From IMG/VR virus record IMGVR_UViG_3300032164_000001: a stretch of 64,000 nt of DNA; one strand, 5' to 3'. The stretch is from a virus. The position numbers and the translations under genes are program-made. The notes under the pieces were generated by a model. The model had not been told where the DNA came from, made no database searches, and saw only the letters and a list, made by a program, of their open reading frames with translations. This document shows, one piece after another, positions 57,779-64,000 of the stretch. The first letter of the stretch is position 1, and the number at the start of each line of letters is the position of its first letter.

Positions 57779-58308
57779 CAGACCACAACCTCACGATCTG
57801 AAAGAAAGGCAATGAACAGATCTGTACCATCAACACCGAAGCCGAATGAAGCCGGTTGCAGTTCTACAATGAAAAGTCCGGGGGCTTTGACTGGAACTGT
57901 AGGCACGCCGACTTTTCGAGTCGACTCAATCGATGACACGCGATCGTTACGACCGATGAGTGGCTCCTTGTTGCCGGAGTCGAACAACTTCATTCGCTTC
58001 AAATCTGTTCTGTGAAATACAAGTTGAATACCATTCTGTGAATCCACGCCCGGGGGTTGTTGATTCAACCGTTCGAAGCGATTCATCTCCACCTGGCATG
58101 GGATGCGAACCGCTGGGTATTCACTGCGTGCATTGTCCCGTATGGTCTTTCCTTGCCGCCTGGCGTCAAATGTGATCGGCTCTCTGAAGTCTTTGTCGTA
58201 TCCAGTGGACTGCCCGGAGTATGGATGAAGAGAAGCAGTGGCAGGCACATTCAGTCGATGCACGACCGCTATAGACTTCTCGAGAAGCAGTGGCACACTG
58301 AATGCCAT
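57778..58308 (-). CDS. putative head-closure protein
   Basis: GYD.DFREP, assigned by neck-cluster position. Confidence 0.55.
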   Translation of the reverse strand: MAFSVPLLLEKSIAVVHRLNVPATASLHPYSGQSTGYDKDFREPITFDARRQGKTIRDNARSEYPAVRIPCQVEMNRFERLNQQPPGVDSQNGIQLVFHRTDLKRMKLFDSGNKEPLIGRNDRVSSIESTRKVGVPTVPVKAPGLFIVELQPASFGFGVDGTDLFIAFLSDREVVV

Positions 58309-59366
58309 TACCCGGCAACTCCTACATGAGTCGGACGGCAGTAGCCAAGAATGATGTTGTCCAGTCTAGGATCGCCTGTCATGCTCGAACTTGCAGAGCC
58401 ACTCGTTCCACTGGTGTCGAATGCAATCTGTTGATCTCTCGTCTTTGCCATCTTGACCCGCCCTGGATTCTGCAGCATCGGATCTTGCCCGAGCGGGTCC
58501 TGCAGTTGACGATAGGCCAATCCCAGGATGACCTCCTGAAGCTGCTGTGGCACCTGGCCAAACGGGCCACCATCCGGGTCCGTGTAGCCAAATGCGCCAG
58601 TGATCAACACGTTCTTTGCCCCCTGTGGGAACAAAGACACGGTTGGTTGTTCATCATCCACAATGCCAACGATGGTGATCTTTGGATTTTCCCTGTCATC
58701 CGGCGACAGCAGATACGACAGATGCCGATTGAAGATGCGAATGGTGCTTGAGTCAAGGACGTACTCGGTGATTTGCTCGGCGTACACACTCGCAGACTCG
58801 ACAGCGAGCTCGCCCACACCGACGATCGGCTGGTCGAGCCAGAGCTGCTTGCTCTCTGGACGAACACTGTGCCTCAGGGTCATATACCGTGGGAAGAAGA
58901 AGCGCCCCGTGAGCCGCTCCACCACTCGCGATGCCGCCTCCAGCGCACGCTGGCGTTGCTCAACGGAGAAATCCGCCAACGCTTCGATATTGGAATCGGC
59001 GTAGGAGACGTACCTTGAGCTCACCCTGAAGGCCTTGGGGTCTAACACTTCAAAGGTGTAAGCCGTCACGGACTCGTCAGCACTGCCATTTGCCCTGTAG
59101 TACCACACTATCTCATGAGCACCGACTTCAACCGAGACGGCCTCAGTGTCAAATGGGGCAACATAGTAGCCAAGTGCCTTCCTGCAGCCGCCCTCGGCAC
59201 AATCATCGAGGCTCATGCGAGCGGAATGAACCTTGGAACCGGTAGGGACGAAGAAGACCTCAAAGCGAAGGGAGTGCAGGTCTACAAGAAAACCATCCTC
59301 TTGGTAGAAAAAGGGGAGCAGCGGGTTGTTACAGGAGGAAGCATCCCCCTTCACAATACCGGGCAT
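58308..59366 (-). CDS. putative head-tail adaptor
   Basis: AS..VE..TGRFF, F..G..NV.ITG.FGY, TGDP..D.I. Confidence 0.65.
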   Translation of the reverse strand: MPGIVKGDASSCNNPLLPFFYQEDGFLVDLHSLRFEVFFVPTGSKVHSARMSLDDCAEGGCRKALGYYVAPFDTEAVSVEVGAHEIVWYYRANGSADESVTAYTFEVLDPKAFRVSSRYVSYADSNIEALADFSVEQRQRALEAASRVVERLTGRFFFPRYMTLRHSVRPESKQLWLDQPIVGVGELAVESASVYAEQITEYVLDSSTIRIFNRHLSYLLSPDDRENPKITIVGIVDDEQPTVSLFPQGAKNVLITGAFGYTDPDGGPFGQVPQQLQEVILGLAYRQLQDPLGQDPMLQNPGRVKMAKTRDQQIAFDTSGTSGSASSSMTGDPRLDNIILGYCRPTHVGVAG

Positions 59367-59741
59367 TCAGCCCTCCCGCGGGCAAGTGGAGCGAATGGCT
59401 TTCTTCAACCGCCTGACACAATCAGAGTGCCGTGCGCTCTCCGAGTTCGTGTACTCGACAGACAAGCGATGGATGTCATCCTTTGTCGCAAGGAACGTGA
59501 ACTTGTACTTCGCTGGCTGCCCATTCTTCTTGAAGCCCTCTTCCACCATCTCTGCCACGGGCAAGTCCAGCATGAGACAGTACGCGGCGAAGTCTAAGTC
59601 AAACACATCCACTGTGCCATCGCTGTGCGCACGATAGGACAGAGCATAGCTGAGAAGTTGCCGCGTGGTCTCTCTCCCAGAAGGATCTCTTCCTGAGGTT
59701 TCCCTCGTCGGGTCGTTGTATCTTTGCATGTCCTGCATCAT
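59367..59741 (-). CDS. hypothetical protein
   Basis: ORF in operon, DL.FAAY motif. Confidence 0.6.
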   Translation of the reverse strand: MMQDMQRYNDPTRETSGRDPSGRETTRQLLSYALSYRAHSDGTVDVFDLDFAAYCLMLDLPVAEMVEEGFKKNGQPAKYKFTFLATKDDIHRLSVEYTNSESARHSDCVRRLKKAIRSTCPREG

Positions 59742-60265
59742 TCGTTCGACCCGGGCGGCTTCGTCACCGGCATGGGAATGTCAGCCGTTGTGATGGCACC
59801 AAAGTTTTTCTCGGCCTGGATGGCCCTCCTGCCACCCGCTCTTCCTGTCGGAATGGCCGCCGCGCGACTGTTGTCCACCAGTGGTGAGGGCATGACATCC
59901 GTTGCGGTGATGGGTGGCGGTGCGATCGACGGAGCATCAAGGTTGATGGTCGGCGGGGCCTCGTAGCCCTTTGGCAACGAGATCGTCGCCGTCAAGGCAC
60001 CAATCGCTGCAAGGAACTTGTCCTGCTCTCCACGCTCGGTGGCCAGCTTCTGCGATTCGTCGCAGATCTGAAACAGTGGCTGTGACCGTGGGTCCGAGTG
60101 CACTTGTCGCAGCTCTGAGAGCTCATCAGCCAAAGCCTGGCTCACCTCATACCACGTGGGGCGTTCACCACCGCGGAACATGTATCCACGGTAGGTGTAT
60201 CCCTGCACAGTGATCCCAACACGCGGATTCGCTGGCAGAAGACGAACGAAAACCTTGTCTGACAT
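59738..60265 (-). CDS. hypothetical protein (head cluster)
   Basis: GAGGT RBS, 175 aa. Confidence 0.65.
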   Translation of the reverse strand: MSDKVFVRLLPANPRVGITVQGYTYRGYMFRGGERPTWYEVSQALADELSELRQVHSDPRSQPLFQICDESQKLATERGEQDKFLAAIGALTATISLPKGYEAPPTINLDAPSIAPPPITATDVMPSPLVDNSRAAAIPTGRAGGRRAIQAEKNFGAITTADIPMPVTKPPGSNE

Positions 60266-60285
60266 TTCTTTACCTCATTTTGTTT

Positions 60286-60313
60286 TGGCAGGGAGTCCGA
60301 AGACTCCCTGCCA
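60286..60313 (-). terminator. 12-bp hairpin with cUUCGg tetraloop (terminator or mRNA stabiliser)
   Basis: TGGCAGGGAGTC-TTCG-GACTCCCTGCCA on the minus strand. The T-run lies on the plus-strand side. Confidence 0.6.
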
Positions 60314-60321
60314 TTTTCGCA

Positions 60322-60663
60322 TCAGATGCAGGTGACGAGCAACGTCACACTGACACCGGTCGTGAGATCCGCCTGTGCGATCTCGACACCGGTCGAGGCC
60401 AGTGTGAAGTACAACTTGTCGGCTGCCACATCATACGTGGGGAACATGTCAACCGTGGTTGCATTGGCCGACTTCAGCGGAGTCCCACGGACGACGGAGA
60501 CAACCGTCACATCGCGTTTCACGTATGCGCGAACAAAGGCCTGGAAGGCGGTGTAGCCACCAGCCGGATAGGCCGCATCGGCCACGAAGACCATCTTGAT
60601 GATATCGATTGGAGCCGAAGCAGACTTCTTCAGCTGCGTGACGGTGGGAGTACCGAGTGCCAT
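60322..60663 (-). CDS. putative capsid decoration / minor head protein
   Basis: Directly after MCP, D.AYPAGGY motif, GGAGGAG RBS. Confidence 0.6.
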   Translation of the reverse strand: MALGTPTVTQLKKSASAPIDIIKMVFVADAAYPAGGYTAFQAFVRAYVKRDVTVVSVVRGTPLKSANATTVDMFPTYDVAADKLYFTLASTGVEIAQADLTTGVSVTLLVTCI

Positions 60664-60748
60664 TGTATCTCCTCCATGACGAGCCGTTAGGCTCGTCGCT
60701 CAGGGCAAACGAAGAGTCAACTACTTCAACATCAACCGCAAGAGTTGC

Positions 60749-61672
60749 TTACGAACCCTTGACGTTGATCGCCTTCACCACGGCGTACGGCTCGGCCAGC
60801 TTCACGTCGAAGCGCACCGTGCAGACGATGATGACAACACCGGCCGAGATATCCTCGTCCACCTTCAGCTTGATGGTCCTGAGGATGCCAACGTAGATCC
60901 CCTCCGGGTCGCACAGCAGGCCATGCGTGTTGTTGCTGCCATCGACAGGGAACTCGGGAACGGAGTGCACTGGCATGTCGGCGTACACCGTCTTGTCCGA
61001 CATCGTGATCATTGCATCGCCGAGCGGTGTCGCCCTGTCTGCAAGGGAATCACGGTAGTCGATCCGGGCTTGCCTGTTTGTGAAGTACTGGAGGTTGCCC
61101 ATCTCTGCGAACTCGTCTGGCATCATCCGGTACATGTCACGCAGAATGGTCTTCGACAGTTTGGCACTGCCGGCGTTGACCGACCACACGTTTGTCTGCT
61201 CAAAGATGCCATTCAGCTTTGCCAGAACCGGATCCGCCGACGCGGTATTTCCGTTGACGCAGACCCATTCCATGTCACGGCCGATGGCCTTCGTGAGCTC
61301 CTGCATGAGGGTATCACGGAACACACCGCGCTCGATCTGGTCCTCGAGCACTTCGTCTGACAGCCTGACCTCGGCCTTGAACAGCTGGGCATCCAGCGTG
61401 AACATGCCAAGGGCTGGCTTCGCCCACGCCGCACTCGGCAGGGCAGTGGCTTCCTGACCGGCTCGCAGCACACGGGTGGCGAACCGCATCTTGTCTCGCT
61501 CCTCCTTGAAGTTCTTCATCGGGGTGACCGTGCAGAGCTTCAGGATGACTGGCTGCTTGATCGCGAGCTGGATGAAGGTGTCGGCTTGGTCTGGCTGCAA
61601 TACACCACCAGACGTGAAGTCCGCGACAGCGAGCTCAGCCTTCTGAAGGAGGGTCCTGTTTTCCGTCGACAT
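60749..61672 (-). CDS. major capsid protein (HK97 fold)
   Basis: GGVL.P.QA..FI, EVRLSDEVLEDQIE, NG.T, R.D.K...P.AVVK. AGGAGG RBS. Confidence 0.9.
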   Translation of the reverse strand: MSTENRTLLQKAELAVADFTSGGVLQPDQADTFIQLAIKQPVILKLCTVTPMKNFKEERDKMRFATRVLRAGQEATALPSAAWAKPALGMFTLDAQLFKAEVRLSDEVLEDQIERGVFRDTLMQELTKAIGRDMEWVCVNGNTASADPVLAKLNGIFEQTNVWSVNAGSAKLSKTILRDMYRMMPDEFAEMGNLQYFTNRQARIDYRDSLADRATPLGDAMITMSDKTVYADMPVHSVPEFPVDGSNNTHGLLCDPEGIYVGILRTIKLKVDEDISAGVVIIVCTVRFDVKLAEPYAVVKAINVKGS

Positions 61673-61738
61673 TTGCTATCCTCCTGGATTTGTTTTTTCT
61701 CGAGCTTTCTCTTTCGCCCGGGCTGACTCCCGCCTCGC

Positions 61739-63277
61739 TCAGTTCTCGCCCTTGGCGCGCTTTGTCAGCGCCTCGCGATAGGCGGGGGAGTTGTAGTTGT
61801 TTGGGAACAACAGAGAACCTGTACTGGAAGCAGGCGGCTCGCCTGCTGAAGCTGGGGCCGGAACGGTTCCACGCGCCTTCGCCACGAGAGCCTGCAGCTC
61901 TCCGATTTGCTTCTGCATGCTCTGCATCTTGGCCAGCAACTCCTCGACCGGAGGAGCCACAGGCGGATCGCCTGCTGATGGATTGACAACCGGCGGCTCG
62001 ATGACCGGCTCGATGACTGGCTTGACAATCGGCTCCGTCGGTAGAAGTTGATGCTTGTGCAACTGCTCCTCGAAGCTGCTCAGGAATTGGTCCGCGTTGA
62101 GAAGCATGCCGAGCTCACTCAGCTCCAGGTCGTCTGACTTCTTGACCTTGGGGTACTTCTCGACAAGCCCCTGAAGCAGAATCGAGATCTGCTTGAGCTC
62201 CTTCATGGCCCGAGGCTCATTGAAGTTGGCCTGTTGGGCCTTCTGCGACAGAGAAAGAGCACGCTCCGCCACCTCACGCAGCGTGACCGCGAACTTGTTC
62301 TTGGCCTTCTCGGTGTGCACGGTGAGCTTCTCGGCCAGTGCATCCACGATGGACCGGACAGCTGCGATCTCCGCTGCAATCGGCTCGGCGACGGAATCCG
62401 TCGCAGCCTCACCAGCCACCTTCGCCACGATGCCCAGCTGCTCCGCGATAGCACGGAACATGGCAGCACAAGCTGGAAGAGCCTCTTCCATGTCAACGTC
62501 GGCGGCGGATACGCCTTCCGGCAACGTCGGAGCGGTTTCACTCTTGCTGATCTTGAAGCTCTCGGCGAGAGTCTTGATCTTCCCGGCGAAGGCCTTCACG
62601 GCCTCGACGAGTGCAAGGCCAGTCAGTGATGCCATGCCAAGTGCCTCCTCGGCGACTTCACGCAGCATAGGTCCCGGGCAAGTCGTCGGTGGTTCCACGA
62701 CTGGCGGCGGAGGAGGTTGACCACCCTCGGACTTCGCAGCCGGAGCGGGAGTTTGCTGATCTGGTGCCGGTTTGCCTTGCTCGGGCGCAGGAGACGGGTA
62801 CTTCTTCATAACACCCTTCAGCAACTCGATGAGTGCTGTAGCCTCGGCGTACACCTTCTTCATGTCCACCTTGACACCCTCTTGCTCCAGTGCTTGGCAG
62901 ATCGACATGCCCTTCTCGGCCACCTCGCGAAACACGGCCGAAATGGCGGAGGCAGCCTTGTCGACGTCATTCTGGCCATCGGAATCCTGGCCGCCGTCGT
63001 TTTTGAGCTGAGAAACCAGTTCTCCGATCTGCCCCGTCAAACCCTCCAGGGCAACGGCAGCCCTCTCGAGGTCCGACGCTGTCTCAGGGTTGTGCAGATC
63101 TCCGCCGGCACCCTGGACGAGCTCCGGCTCCAGGTTCTGCGTCGTCATTGCTTCCTCCTTGAAGACGATGAATTTTCGCTTGTTAGCGGCTCTGTCTACC
63201 AAATCGACCTTGTACGGCTCGATTTCTCGTAGGCGGCGACGCTTGATTCGTTTTCCTGTGTCACTGTTGAATGCCAA
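61739..63277 (-). CDS. putative capsid scaffolding protein (TTG start inferred)
   Basis: Between protease and MCP. N-terminal VDLVDRAAN..F...K, then Ala/Glu/Pro-rich coiled coil. Confidence 0.65.
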   Translation of the reverse strand: MAFNSDTGKRIKRRRLREIEPYKVDLVDRAANKRKFIVFKEEAMTTQNLEPELVQGAGGDLHNPETASDLERAAVALEGLTGQIGELVSQLKNDGGQDSDGQNDVDKAASAISAVFREVAEKGMSICQALEQEGVKVDMKKVYAEATALIELLKGVMKKYPSPAPEQGKPAPDQQTPAPAAKSEGGQPPPPPVVEPPTTCPGPMLREVAEEALGMASLTGLALVEAVKAFAGKIKTLAESFKISKSETAPTLPEGVSAADVDMEEALPACAAMFRAIAEQLGIVAKVAGEAATDSVAEPIAAEIAAVRSIVDALAEKLTVHTEKAKNKFAVTLREVAERALSLSQKAQQANFNEPRAMKELKQISILLQGLVEKYPKVKKSDDLELSELGMLLNADQFLSSFEEQLHKHQLLPTEPIVKPVIEPVIEPPVVNPSAGDPPVAPPVEELLAKMQSMQKQIGELQALVAKARGTVPAPASAGEPPASSTGSLLFPNNYNSPAYREALTKRAKGEN

Positions 63278-63398
63278 GTGCCCACCTGTGCCACTTGTTG
63301 CGCCACTGCTATTCTTCAGGCACACAGAAGCAAAAGTCAAGAGAGATATTTGACTATTTGCTTGCACCAATTGACACAAAGCAGATGATAAACAGTGC

Positions 63399-63485
63399 AG
63401 GTGTGCCACAGGTGGGCATTAGATGTGCGCTAGATGTGTGCCAAATGCGCCCGAAGATGCACCAAGTGGGCAACAAGTATTTGTA
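63399..63485. repeat. about 7-8 degenerate 11-bp tandem repeats (ARRTGKGC-like), intergenic
   Basis: aggtgtgccac / aggtgggcatt / agatgtgcgct / agatgtgtgcc / aaatgcgcccg / ... / aagtgggcaac. Confidence 0.65.
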
Positions 63486-63487
63486 AT

Positions 63488-63979
63488 CTAAGCAGCAATG
63501 TCCAAGGCTAAAGCCGAACCCTCTATGCTCCATCCTGTCAATTTGCCTTGCTTGATTGCTTGCCACAAATCGTTGTCCAGAACCCGCGCGGCCATGAGCC
63601 AGGTTCCTTTTTTCACGAATTGAGCGTCCACCAGCATGTCGACCGGTGCGACATAGCTCTCCAACACACGAATCTTGACTGCCTCAAGTGGCCCACCTCG
63701 ATGCATGAGACCGATGTGCTGCGCTTGCTCCATGAAGTAGTAAGCAGCTTTCCGAACCGTCTCCTCATCATAGATGTCGCCCTGCGAATCGTACTCGTTC
63801 GGAACGAGCACTACGCCAAGCACGTAGCGCTCCTCGTCGGTCTTCACGATCTGCACGTGTCTCGAGCCACATGCATCCTTGGCTATCGCATCGGAAACTT
63901 CGTCTGAGGATTTCTTCAGTTCTCCACTACCTAGCAGGTCATGGACTTCCTGCAGAGTAGAAGGAGCTTGATCAGTCAC
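63488..63979 (-). CDS. XkdF-like putative prohead serine protease
   Basis: ERYVLGVVLVP...DSQGD...V.KAA..FM, MH, ESY.AP, GTW, W..IK.GKLTGWSIEG. Confidence 0.88.
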   Translation of the reverse strand: MTDQAPSTLQEVHDLLGSGELKKSSDEVSDAIAKDACGSRHVQIVKTDEERYVLGVVLVPNEYDSQGDIYDEETVRKAAYYFMEQAQHIGLMHRGGPLEAVKIRVLESYVAPVDMLVDAQFVKKGTWLMAARVLDNDLWQAIKQGKLTGWSIEGSALALDIAA

Positions 63980-64000
63980 ATCGATAACGGATGGAGTGAA

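Noticed and set aside
1-64000. Alternative genetic code or stop-codon reassignment
   Set aside because: Core genes are full length in the standard code and all three stop codons terminate genes.

Overview
About 64 kb of a tailed (contractile-tail, myovirus-type) bacteriophage or prophage genome in standard genetic code. The structural proteins recall Myxococcota/deltaproteobacterial prophages, but that is from memory and not searched. Left to right: (1) a cas-less CRISPR array at the left edge (36-bp repeat, 6 spacers visible, cut by the window edge); (2) a DNA replication/recombination block, about 1.3-15.9 kb: RepA-like AAA helicase, SNF2-like helicase with a class-3 LAGLIDADG intein, AAA_24/Sak4-like ATPase, putative SSB, zinc ribbon, family-4 uracil-DNA glycosylase domain, family-A DNA polymerase, amidase, DinG helicase; (3) small accessory-gene islands at 15.9-17.0 and 19.7-21.3 kb flanking the terminase genes; (4) a long minus-strand morphogenesis operon, 21.2-64 kb: holin-like, tail fibres, six paralogous tail-associated genes, baseplate, tape measure, chaperone with a -1 frameshift site, tube, sheath, neck, major capsid, scaffold, XkdF-like protease. 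No portal, integrase, cas gene, tRNA or rRNA was recognised. Most notable: (a) a four-copy promoter cassette (TTGACW-N18-TAnnnT, then three GGG runs plus one GG run, then GTTT(GT)ATG), one copy of which points straight into the CRISPR array in place of a normal leader; (b) a UDG domain split between a stand-alone ORF and the polymerase N-terminus; (c) an A-A-B-A-B-B paralogue expansion; (d) 11-bp-phased repeats upstream of late genes.
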